Positions 51,383 to 63,639 of a stretch of 64,000 bases of DNA are shown one piece after another. The position numbers were made by a program, and so were the translations under genes. The stretch comes from Fistulifera solaris (lineage: Eukaryota). Numbering within the stretch: the first letter of the stretch is position 1; each line of letters begins with the position of its first letter. The stretch lies in the NCBI GenBank assembly GCA_030295235.1, contig AP026157.1:186001-250000 (forward strand), read 5' to 3'. The notes beneath the pieces were generated by a model. It was not told where the DNA came from and did no database searches. It saw only the letters and a program-made list of their open reading frames with translations.

Positions 51383-52194
51383 GTTATCAAGAGACCTCAA
51401 TGTAAAACAGTGGGCGGATTACAAGTGATCGGATTGGTTTATTGGCGTTGGAGAATGCGACTTGCGCTTGCTGTCCTCGCAATCCTCTCTCCTCTCTATG
51501 TATCGTGTCTAACAGCAGCCAGCAGACCCGGCAGACCAGTGAACAGTGAAGAGGCGGCGGACGCTGGCGACTGGTTGTTACGTTGTACCTAGTACGTAGT
51601 ACACCTCTGTCAATTTGTCATCTGTCATGTTTGAGAACAACAGAGTAGGGAAAACGTGCACTGTGTCCTCCACAAAGTACTAAGCTTCCGAAACAACTCC
51701 GTTGAGCATTTGACGTTGGGTCTTCCAAATACAGACTGAACCACGAATTGCGAAAGAGGCTTTTGCACTGTACAACCACTGTGAGTAAGTATTAAAGTTG
51801 AGTATGAAATTCACTGGAACTGTAAAGCCTACACACCTGATAGTCCTTCTTTCTCTGTCCACTATTGCCCCTTAGTGCGAAAGAAGCATCGGTACTGGGC
51901 GGGATCGTCGGACGCGCTTGAATTTTATCTGGCGCAGAATGTGCTCCATGAGTACTGGTACACTATGCTCGACTGTCCACTGTCCATTTGCCACCAAAGC
52001 GAATTGTGAGAATTCGAGGCAAAATTCAAATTCGCCGCTCTTATGTTCACTTACTTATTCCACAGTTCACCGCGAAGATTCATGGATCCTTTGTCCTTTG
52101 TCTTAATCCTGGAATGGAGGGCGACGAGCGACGAGCGACGTATGGCGTATCCCCCTGTAAAGGAATTCTTTCTAGCTAAGAGGGGATCTCTAGA

Positions 52195-52305
52195 GTCTAG
52201 AGAGAGAGAGGGAGGGAGGGCGATTTTAGAAGGTTAGAAGTTAGAAGGCAAGAGAGAAGCGAGGAAGACGAAGAGCGAAGAGCGAAGGATCGGATCGAAG
52301 GGCGA
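52195..52305 (+). repeat. Purine-rich (GA) low-complexity tract
   Basis: agagagagagggagggaggg...ttagaaggttagaagttagaagg...gaagagcgaagagcgaagg. Confidence 0.7.
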
Positions 52306-54566
52306 CCAGTAAAAACAGTGATTTGTACTTGGTCCGGGACCGGCAAGTTCAAGTCCAGTCAGGAGTTAAGAGTTAGGGACAACGCCGAACGCTGACACAA
52401 GATACAAGATACTCCGTACAAAATACCTTTTCTCCGCTTTTCGGCGGACGTGGTGACATGGATTTATTCGCTCGCGCGGGACCGTTTCAAGTACCGGTTC
52501 GGCTAAGTGTAGGTCGGATGATGCCGAATGCCGCATGCCGATACGTCCAGTCCTCCAGTCCAGGTCGACAAGGTAATGTCGCTTCGCGGAAAGATCGGAG
52601 AATGAGCGCCGTTTTCCGTTATAGCTTTTGCCACCAAACATCTCCTTCCAGGTTTCGGAATAGCATCACGTCATCGGAAGATGCTGGCTTGCAGCCATAC
52701 CAGGTAGGAAGTCGAAGTTCCTATTCCGCAGCAAAAGTGATCACAGTTTTCAGCATCTCGGTCACAAGCGGCCGTACCGGTACCATCCTTTCACTCGATC
52801 TTGAAGTAAAAATTCGGTCACCGCAGTGTTTTAGGTTGGCCGAGGCAATCGAAGCGACTCAAGAGAGAAAACGCCTCGAGATTCTTTGTTCATAATCAAA
52901 AAAAGTCGAACCCCTCTGCTCCATTCCGGGTCTGCTGAAAAGAGCCCGTTGATTCACCCACTCCGTCTCACCACAGCTCCGCTCTGTCACGAGAATAGGC
53001 CCGCCACGAACACAGAATTCCTTTGTAGCCCTTGAAGGATGCTTTTCTGTGCTCGTGCATTGACTAGGTTGACTCGTCTCCAACACTTTTGCATAAAACC
53101 AATCCACGGAGCCGAATGCTTCAAACGCTGATGCGGGGTCCTGTCAACCGCAAAAGGCAAGTGTCGTCACGCGAAGCTTACTAGCTTGGCGGTCGGTTCC
53201 ATCAGCTTTCGGCCGTCGGATTTGCTGTGAAACACGCACAACTTTCAACATTGAAAGGCCGCATTTCGACATTACTGACAATCCATCGCACTGAAACGAG
53301 TTCAAGTCGGTTGAGTTGGAAGGAAAGATGTTTCTTCTCGTAAAAAGACATAGCCAGAGGCTCGAAACTAACGGAGCGAAAAGGGAGGATAGCTTTCCAT
53401 AACGGGGATTTCGTTCAATGGTATCGCAACTCTCATACATCTCTATCGGCAGTTGCGCAGACATGTTCGACTTTTCGCCAAACTTCAGTGTGCACTGTAG
53501 CATGATTTAAAGGAGCCTTTGAGTGGTGGCACAGAAAAGTCATGGACTATTCTCATGAACAAGGCAGGGGTGACCATGCACTTGTGCCGCGTCGTGCACT
53601 CCGCCATTCCTTGCGAGCTTCTCCTTTCCTAGGCACATTCTCGAGTCCTTCAGTCACTTGGTCTGCTCGCATGCCGCTCGAACCGTAAATTGGTGAATCC
53701 TGCGGCGATTCACTGTTGTAATTCAAGCTCTTTGTCGCCGCAGTGAGCTTTGGGTATAATGTGTGAACCGTTTCTTTGTCAAAGGGTGTAGCCACTCGAG
53801 ACATTTGCCAGCTCGCAAGCTGATGAGCGTGTCGACAAGGAGAGAGTGCAAGGGATCAAAGCGAGTCTAGAATGTTGTTGAACTCCAAGAGACCACCGAT
53901 CAAAGCCCCACTCGTCGACGAGCGCTTCGGTGTTCACTTTTTGTTCGGGACACCAAAGGAACTCAGCAATAGTCTTTTGAACTGCATCTAATCGCCATTA
54001 TGACTCCTCTTGCGTTGTATTTATTTACCCGCCGGAATAAAGATGCGCTTTTGTTCAGTGCGTCGGCTCATCGCATGTTTCGTCATTCTAGAACATGACG
54101 TCATCTCATCCCTTGTACTGTACGGTTTTTGTTTTGCGTACCAGGTACTCCGTACGTCATAGTCGCAGCGCACCGGTTCTCCTTGATAAAGGTTTTCATT
54201 ACCGTACCGACTTAAGCTTCAGAACTTCGCCTTCTCTTGACGCGCGCGCGTGACACTCACGTCAATCCGCACTACTATAAAAAAGTTCGGGCGGTTTCGC
54301 ATTCTATTGCAAAGGAACGCAGAGAGGAAGTCGAAAGGCAAGCAAGCTGTCATTTGAATGAAGGATTAATATATTTCAATAAACTCTGAAAAGCGATTCA
54401 TTTTGTGCTATCGAAACCTTTCTCGAGGAGAGAGCGCGCCTTCTTTAATAGATATATTTCCTGACGCTGCGGCTGTTCTTTCAAACATCATCTAGAGAGG
54501 AAAGAGCTTCTTTCGTGTGCGATTACGCAATTCGCCTTTCACCTATTTATTTAACAACATACCACA

Positions 54567-56844
54567 ATGATATCCTCAAATAACAAACGACATGCGGGAG
54601 TGAGACGTACAAATCATCGAAGAAGCATTCACATTCTTGTCATGGGAGACGGTAAGTATTCTTTCGCGCTGCGTTGTAATCTTATTCGGTAAACGCACCT
54701 CTTTGCTTATCATTTCCTTTCTTGTTTTCCCCTACAGCCATGGTCGGGAAATCATCACTCATCTCGACGTTCGTCTCCCGCGTCTACTCTCCCGAGGTAC
54801 CGGGGATCATGACCCGCGTGCAACTTCCTCCCGATCCGGGGATGTTGTGTACGACTACGATCATTGATTCGCAAGAAGCCGACGTGGCGCTCATGGAAGC
54901 TATGGCGATGCGTGGGGATCATTCCTTGTCGTCTTTGAAGTCGTCTACTACGTTAGTGCCGAGTATCGATCACGTCGATTCCATCGTTCTCGTGTACGAT
55001 CTCCATCGTGCGGAGACCTTTCGTCGCATCGAGCAGCATTGGTTGCCTTTGATTCAGCAGTATTATCAAGGAAAAGTACGTTATCGAATTGAATGATTGA
55101 AAAGACAAAGGTGATTTGTGGTTTTTCGATTTAGCATACTCACTGCACTTCTTTCTCTTAGATTCCTGTGATTATCGCGGAAAACAAAATGGATCTGTTT
55201 GACGCGAATCAACTTCCTCAAAAACGACAACAAATTGTTTCACTCATGCAACAATTTCCCTTTGTTCGACAGTGCATCAAATGTAGTGCGCAGACCATGA
55301 TACGGGTGGATGATGTATGGTTGAAAGCTCAGGAAGCCGTTCTTTATCCCCTGACATTGTACGACTTAGAAAAAGGCGCTCTTACGGGAGATTGTCAAAA
55401 GGCGTTGGGTCGTATTTTTCGCATGTACGATCGGGATGGTGATGGCTTATTGAGTGATGCGGAAATGGATCGGTTCCAGCGCGAGACCTATCCTGTTCCA
55501 GTCTTTGCCGATCTCGGTATGTGGAAGAAGACGGTTGCTCGGCATGTGGAGCACGCTCTCGAGCAAAGCAAATTTACGCCATCCGGTTTTGTGGCCATCT
55601 TTGATGAATTGATCAATCAGAATCGTCTGGATGTGGTGTGGAAAGCTCTTCGACATTTTGGATACGATGATAATCTGCAGCTGGACATACCTCCCGATTT
55701 GCCTATTACCAAGCGTTTATCTCCGCACGCTAAGCGGTTTTTGACGGCACTCTTTCAGCAATTCGATACCAATCAAGATGGTGTGCTTTCGGGTGACGAC
55801 TTATGGCTTATCTTTTCTATTCTACCCAATCCAAGCTTGCCGCCGTGGCATCGACAAAGAGATTTGTTTCACGAATGCTTTTCGAGCTTTGTCATGAGAG
55901 ATTCGCCCAGTAGCTCCGAAAGTTATGCAACACCTTCGGTAAAAGATCCGCAGCTCATCGTTCCGGAAGGTGGAATGGCGCAAAGCTTGTCCAACAGCGG
56001 CTTGAGTCTACTGAGCACGTCGGGTTCCCTACCGTCGCTTGATTTTACACAGCAGTCGCTATCGTACTGGGAGTGGATGGGTTGTTGGCATACTATGAAC
56101 ACAATATCACCGGAGATCACTTCCGCCGAATTGTACCGCTTGGGTTTTCTGGAAAGCAAACGCCCTGTGAAAATAAAAGACAAGGTGGTGAAATCACAGC
56201 AGCTTCGAATTCTGGTTTTTGGTGATACAAAATCGAAAGTAACTATGCTACAGCGCCTGTGTGGCGCTTATTTCGATGCGAGCCGACCCGAAACGAGTCA
56301 TACGTATTGCTCCCTGAAACGAGCTAACGGCGAGGAGCTCGTGGTGCATCTGGTCTTCACGTGTATTCCATCCGACGTCTCAGTAACACCAGGTTTGGTG
56401 GATTTTGATTTGGCTATGCTTGTATTCGACGAAGAGCCGTCTTCTTGGCTGTATTTGCAAAAGTTGCCCGCTGTGACCAACGAGACACGTCGCGTATATG
56501 TGACATCTTCCGAAAAGGAACTGCGGGAAGCCCAGGAGTTTTGTCAAGAGATCGACGTAGAACTTCCACTGCAAGCGGACGGGATGGATAGAGAAGACAT
56601 TCTACAGCACATTGCTCGTTGCGGTGTGTCAGGATACGACCTGCAACCAAAGAAGCTGCGTTCTCTTCCATTCGAAGAACAAAAGCGAAGAGAGGCCGCG
56701 AGACGGCGCACCATGTTATGGTTTGGCGGTATTGTGGGGGTAGGAGTGGTAGTGGTCGTTGGTGTACGATTTTTCATCAAGCAAAAAGACCGAGCCGGTT
56801 CGTTGTGGTTGTGGCTACGTCCACGCATCCCCCTTGCACCTTAA
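54567..56844 (+). CDS. MIRO: Mitochondrial Rho GTPase (Miro); introns 54652-54737 and 55076-55161
   Basis: ILVMGDAMVGKSSLIS, IVLVYD, HWLPLI, ENKMDL, CIKCSA, KAQEAVLYP, EF-hands DRDGDGLLSDAE and DTNQDGVLSGDD, VWKALRHFGYDDNL, C-terminal tail anchor. Confidence 0.93.
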
Positions 56845-57294
56845 ATATAAATTAATGATTGCATGATAGCCACATAGCTAAGAAGTAGTATTGAACGTCT
56901 CTGAAGCGCGTAACTGGATGTGTTGTTCGAAAATGTGAGGAAGGTACATAAAGGATAACGTTCCAGCCAGGATAGGCTTCGCAACGTCTGTTTACCGTTT
57001 GCGTACAAAACTAACTATAGTAATGCTGATCGACGTTTCCTACATAGTCCAATTTTTTGACTTTTGAAAAAATGTGCGCCGAAGAAGAATTTTGTTGCAT
57101 TTCGTAGAAAAAGCGTCGACAAATAAAACCAACTTGATGATATAAATGTGATATGCAAATATTCTTTTTGTTGGTGAATGTTTCGGAAAGACTTTATGCC
57201 TCTATGAGATTCGCAAAGAGTAGATATCCAGACGCCGGCGATGGAAATTACAGCGCGTCACAAATCGCTCTAAAGCGTCGTGTTACTTCAAAGA

Positions 57295-60240
57295 ATGGCT
57301 CCCCGGAACCCCACTGTCTCCGTCGGGACAAGTAACGATCGCATGATACCCGGCAAATCGATTTCCGCCCGTGAAACCGACCAAGATGTGGAACGCATTC
57401 GCGGTAAAGCAAGTTTGTTGCGCACCAGGAGCGCGGATGGGAGCGAGATTGTCGATCCTTCCCGGGGTGTCAGCTGGGCGGCCCGTCAAGAAAAGGAAAA
57501 CATGCTACAAAAATTTCATTCCGTCGCAAAGCGCTTGACGTCTTCGGATACAGCCCGAAGCACTGTTAGCACAGAAGCAAAAAGTCGTCCCACCGGGGCC
57601 TCTCTTGCGCTTCACGATTTATGCGTCGAGGCGAACTCTACGAATGACACAGCCTGGCGAAAAGCTGTCACATTGTTAGCAAAAGAACCAGAGTTGGCTC
57701 AACTACGTACTCCGGAAGGATGGACTCCGCTTCACATATGCTGTATGGGTCCTGTTCCCTTATTTATGATCCGTTGCTTGTTGTACGCTTACGCACCGGC
57801 TCTGGCGGCGGCCGATGAAAACGGACGTTTGCCTCTGCACATGCTCTGCGCGAGTCCGTATTGCGATCTGGAAATCTTGCAACTCATTGTGGAGGAATAT
57901 CCCGCCGCATTGAGTTCTAAAGATCATCCTGGAATCGTTCCTCTTCATTTGTTCCTCCGCAACACGGCTGTTGAATGCACCACGGAGCGCATCCGCATTC
58001 TACTGGGATGGACCCTTTCCACGACGGCACCCGAAAACGAAGCCCCTGCCAAATTTCGTAAGGGACATCATTTGCAAGTGAATGTAGCCACTTTGGAAGG
58101 GTGGAGGACCCGATCACGACCCGTGACTCAAATCAACCGAGCATCTGTGGAACTGGACAACGTAACACCCGACGTGCAAGGAGCGTTACGGCAATTAGCA
58201 CCTTTGTATGTTTCGGCAACGGAAGCTTCGTTTGTAAACCCTGCTGCCATTGCTGATCCTTTTGAGCAACTTCCGTTGCATATATTAGTCCATCGAGCAA
58301 TTATTCTGCGGCAGCCATTGGATTCACGTTACTCCGCCCAACAAAGCCCTTCGGTACCACATGTCATGATTGCTTTGAGAATGCTCATCTGCGCTTACCC
58401 TGACGCTCTACTTTGTTGCAATGCTTCGGGTCATACACCGCTTTCTGCTGTCTTGGCGCAGTCTTCGCAAGCGCCCAGCGCAGAAATTGTTGACTATCTC
58501 ACAGGGACACGCTTGCAGCTCGAACAAATTCCAGATTGGGCGCATGATTTGCCTCTGGCACGCGATTCTCCTGCTACGATCACTGCGGAGCAATTGCAAT
58601 TGCCACTTCATATCGCTGCTGAAAGATGGGCGGATCATGTCGAAATCATCAGGTCGGTTAAAGTAGCCTATCCAGCAGCTATTCAGCAAAAAAGATGCCA
58701 AGGGGAGAACGCCACTTCACCGTTGTTTAGAGAGCCGTAAGACCCCTGTCTCCGTGGATGTAATTGAGTTGTTGTGTAATGACTACGTTGCCTCGCTTCA
58801 GGACGACCTCGGTCGCACTCCATTGCAATTGCTGATGGAAACGAAGCAATTTCCTTGTCACGACGTATCATCGAGTATTTACCGCCGTCTCATCGATGCT
58901 TCACCTGTGGAAGAACCCAATCAATTGGCTTTATTGCCACCTTGGTTGCGAAGTCAAGTATGTAGCTCTCCAGGCGTTCAAGCGTACGTCCTTCAAACCT
59001 TGTCGCATCCTGTTTTGTGCGGTTTCATTCTTCTTGATGGACTTATGTTAGTCGGAATCATTGTCGTCCTCCGACTTCAATTAGATGACTATTTCGATTC
59101 GTCGACGACGACGACTTCATGGTATACATACGCCGTGTATGGAGCTGCATCCTTCCGGTTGATGCTTCAAGCAGTCGTCTTGGCTTTGCAGGGCGGCGTT
59201 TCAGCATTACGTTTTTGGTCCCTTGCTAATGTCATCGCCATGTTATCTGCTTTGGCCACTTCTGTGTTAATGGACGGAACCATAGAAGAAGATATTATCT
59301 TGCAAGTTGGAACCGTAAGCTCTGGACTGCTTTGGTTAGCTATGATCGGTTACTTGAGCACATGGTGGTACGACATGGCACTCTTTACTGGATCCTTTTA
59401 CAGGTAAGAACTTGCCCAGGTAAAAAAATTAAGATCTTGAGATTCTTACTTCGCTCGTGAAAACAGATGGCAAGCACTTTGTTTTGGGCCATTGTGGTAG
59501 TGGGCATAATATGCGTGGCAGGATCACAGATGTTTTCTACGTTCTTGCTCCTTGAGTGTGATACGGCGATCCCAGGCACCTCCGTTTGCACTGCAAGAGA
59601 ATCTTACCGTTTTGTCTACGCTCTGATGCGGGGTGACATACCACAAGAGGGAGGGAGTGGTCCAAGGATGCAATCACTTTGACTTCTGTATTTCTAGTGA
59701 TGTGCATTCTTTGGGTTGCCGCTGTTTTACTTAATGTTGTAACTGCCGCCTTGCGCATAGATCCAGACGAAGTTGCACTCAAAGCATTCTGGGAGCCACA
59801 ACTTGCGAAAGTGTTGGCGATCGGTTTGTCGCAACGACAAATCGATGCATATTGTCCCATGGAACGATTATGGAATTCACTGACCAACCAACATGACGAC
59901 GATCACAACGAAAGCAACGTTTCAAGCAAACTCAATGCGTTAACGAGGGGGGATGGTGGGCATTTTCCTAATTCCGCTTTGGATCCTAGCTGGTTTGTTA
60001 ACATTAGGGTGGCTGTGGCCCCCTCAAGTCAGAGAATGGCTATTTCGTCCAAAAGGCTTTCAGAAGACATCTCGCTCAACAGCTTCCGATACCCCGACTA
60101 GTAAACTCAGTCATGAAGTCCGACTTGTGAAAATGATGACCTACGAAAAAGCGATGGACCTCGAACGTGAGCTACAGAATTTACGTGAGCTTGTGCAGAG
60201 CAAAGGCGCGGGCGCGGGCGAAAATAGCCAGCCATCTTGA
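57295..60240 (+). CDS. Ankyrin-repeat multi-pass membrane protein, TRP-channel-like; intron 59404-59466
   Basis: Repeats GWTPLH, GRLPLH, GIVPLH, EQLPLH, GHTPLS, QLPLHIA, GRTPLH, GRTPLQ. Then about six hydrophobic spans, LLNVVTAAL, FWEPQL, and IPLWILAGLLTLGWLWPPQVREWLF. Frameshifts near 58688-58693, 59396-59399, ~59650 and 59947-59952. Confidence 0.75.
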
Positions 60241-60684
60241 TGGAGGCAGTGTCTGCAAATCCCTTCCGTCTTAGACTATGAAATGCGCACCGTCAGCGGA
60301 ACGCTATCATGTGATTTCCGTCCGCTTGTGTGTAATGTGAAACAATGTATACAAGAAATAAACGAATATTCTACGTTTGCTTCGCTTATTGTATGTTCCA
60401 TACATTTTTTCTTTTAGTGTTCACCTTTGCCTTGAAGCATATCCTGGTATTACAGCCAATCAATTTGCTAAGGCCCAGGTCGAGCCTCTCGTCAGTCTCT
60501 TATGCCTTCCAAGGACTTAGAGTTTAGTGTACTTTGTGCATTGAACAGATTATCTACTTCTTGGAATAATGCTTTCTAATTAAAATAGACTAGCTTCATC
60601 GATAAAACGTTCGAACGTCAAACGCTATTGTAAAACAATCAATTTCGTTTCATTGCAATTTCTTATAATCGTATTTATCATTGT

Positions 60685-63639
60685 TTAAAGCTTGTCCAAG
60701 TACTTGCTGATCTCGGGCACACCTTCCGCAAGACCCTTGCGCTTACGAACGTTGAGCACAACTTCCTTGGTCTTGGTGCCTTCATCGTAGGGGCTTCCGG
60801 ACATGGGCTCCCAGTGATCGAACGAGCACTGCGGGAAAGCCTTTCCACCCGTGTTGGAACGCAAGTCGGCGGTGAAACCGAACGATTCCATGACGGGCAA
60901 GTAGGCCAAGAGGGTCATCATGGGCGTACCAGGTCGCTGTTCCTCGGTAAAGACGTGACCACGACGGCGGGTGAGGACACCGTACACGTTACCCATGGCA
61001 TCTTGGGGGACCGAAATACTGCAAAGGTAGACGGGCTCCAAAAGACCAGGACCTCCAGTCATCATACTAGAGAAGCACACACGACGAGCGGTAGGCATAA
61101 TCTGTCCCATACCACGGTGGATAGCATCGGCATGCAATACAACATCCATGAGGTTGAAACGGCAACCACGCATTTGTTCGTCACAAAGAGGACCGTTTTG
61201 CGTGGCCCAGGCGAAACCACCAACCACAGACTCCTTGATTTCCATCAAGTAGTTCACACCCTTGGTGGTGTCGACGAACAAGTTGGGACCCGTTCCTTCA
61301 GGACCGAAGGCCCAGATCTTTCGGGCTTCCGTCACATCCCAACCGAAATCATCGGCCAACTGACGTCCCAAAATCTTGGCTTCCGTTCCGGCCTTGACTT
61401 CACCATCATCAATGGCCTTGCAAAGCTCCGCGGAGAGAGGCGCGGCGGTGACAAACAGACGGTTGTGCTTGTTCGCCGACTTGGCCAAACATACCTGATC
61501 GGAATCAGCAGTGCATGTTTCCCGGAATGACACGACGGGGTCGCTGACCTTAACTTCCGTTCCCATGAAGTCGTTCTGCAAATCCTGCAAGCAAATTTCG
61601 AGATGCAACTCACCCGAAGCGGCGATAATGTGTTCACCGGACTCTTCGGTGTAGCACAAAACCATGGGATCGGACTTGGCCAGTCGCTTCATACCTTCCA
61701 CGAGCTTGGGCAAATCGGCCGAGTTCTTGGGTTCGACGGCGCAACGAACGACGGGAGACACACTGAACTTCATCGACTTGATGGGGCAAGCATCTTCGGC
61801 CGTGGCAATGGTTCCGCACTTGAGCAAGTATTGATCCACTCCGACCAAGGCACAAGTGTTTCCGGCGGGCACATCGGCAACCTGCTCGGTGTAACGACCC
61901 ATCATGATGACCGTACGCTGAATGTTCTTGACCCAGAGTTCCGACTTCTTTCCAGGAACGTAGTTGGCACCCATGATACGAACCTTCTGACCCGTGGCGA
62001 TCTTTCCGGAGAAGACACGACCAAAGGCATAGAAACGACCCTTATCGGAGGTGGGAACCATCTTGGAAATGTACATGCACAAAGGAGCATCCGGACTGGT
62101 GTCGCACGTACGAATGGCCGTGGCGGTAGCATCATCCAGCGGTCCGTCGTAGAGGGTCTCCACACGGTACTTTTGTGCCTGCGCCGGGGAAGGCAAGTGC
62201 AAGACAATCATCTCCAACACAGTGTCACCCGCAGGAAGCCACTTTTGCATAACACGCTTCAAGAGCTGCTTGCCGACGAGTTCCTTTTCTTCACCCTTGA
62301 GTTCCACATCAATGGCCTTGAGCATCTTCTTGACCTTTCCGTGCTTCTCGGACATGATGGCCTCGAAGAGGGTGGTGATGGGCGTCGCAATGAACTGACA
62401 GAAAGCACGTTCGAGAGTACCTCCCTTGTCGGACGTGGTCCATACTTTGCGTCCGGCATCAAAATACCAGTCACCCCACAATTTTTCCATCATTTTCTCT
62501 TCTCCGACACCAAACTTCTCACCATAATCAATGGCGAACCGCTTGAGCGTGAAGGCCCACTGATGCAAACCACTACCAAAGGCGACCGTTCCCTTGGTGG
62601 GATGAACTTGCAGATCACCCAAGGACTCGTCATTGTACGTCGCCACAATCACATTGACGGACTCAATGGAACGGCAAAAGGCCTGATACAACTCTTCGGC
62701 GGGCAACTGGAGTTCGAGCAAGGCCCGATCGACCTTGTTGACCATGAGTACGGGCTTGACACGTTCCGAAATGGCTTGACGCAAGACGGTTTCGGTTTGC
62801 ACGCACACACCATCAATGGTATCGACTACCACGAGAGCACCATCGGTGACACGCAAGGCGGCCGTGACTTCGGACGAAAAGTCGACGTGACCGGGACTGT
62901 CAATCAAGTTAATCAAGTACGAGTTCTCACTGATTCGAACATTGCCTTCGGCAGCCGCCTTGTCTTCCAATTCCTTCGTACGAGCCGCTTCTTCTTCTTC
63001 GGTCATACCGGCCGGCTTGCCGGTCTTCATATCGTACTCAAAGAACATACTGATCCCGGTGGACTTGATGGTAATACCACGTTCGGCTTCATCGGCACGA
63101 GTATCGGTGTAGCGGGCTCCACCGGCGGCTTTGGAACTGATAATACCGGCCTTTTGGACCAAACTGTCCGTGAGTGTCGTCTTGCCGTGATCGACGTGCG
63201 CAATCACGGACATACTGCGAATGTTGTGCTTCAAGTCCATGATGGACCGCATCTGGTCTACGGAAAAGTTCACCTATAGAAACAGAGACGTATGTGTGTG
63301 AGTTCTACTGCAGATCGAGAACAAAGAACGAGCTGCACACTTTGCAGGGCCAACGAGATCTTCCCAAAAGGACTCTCTCCTAACGTCGTTCTTCCTCTTT
63401 GAACCATCAATATACATCCAGGGATCGAACGAAAGATCTTTTCCTTGTCAAAAAGCATTGAATTGGCTCGATTTCTGCCCGAAAGACACTCCTTTGACAC
63501 CATCGCGTTCACGACCGTTCCTCGGGTACTCGTTTCTACACAAGATTCGCGTCCGAGATTCCTCCATCTTTGAGATGACTGGATGTCTTTCATTCTCCCC
63601 CAATCTTTGTTTGATTCTACAATTGAATATACTCACCAT
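60685..63639 (-). CDS. EEF2: Eukaryotic translation elongation factor 2; 363-bp intron 63274-63636 directly after the ATG
   Basis: [34 protein letters not shown], diphthamide loop [13 protein letters not shown]-terminal YLDKL. ATG|gtgagt ... tatag|GTG AAC TTT gives MVNF. Confidence 0.98.

Noticed and set aside
52330..52375. GTTCAAGTCC B-box / tRNA T-loop-like motif
   Set aside because: Flanks do not form a T-stem or acceptor stem and there is no A-box.
53800..53860. PCRH motif on the - strand suggesting a SWIM finger of a MULE transposase
   Set aside because: No upstream CxC in frame, no DDE domain and no terminal inverted repeats seen.
1956..59952. Programmed ribosomal frameshifting or mass pseudogenisation
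   Set aside because: Shifts go in both directions, occur in all four base runs, share no slippery-site or stop context, and come without in-frame nonsense mutations. Homopolymer sequencing error is simpler.
60814..63279. 558-aa and 238-aa + strand ORFs antisense to eEF2
   Set aside because: Expected antisense openness from strong codon bias in a highly expressed gene; no protein-like motifs.
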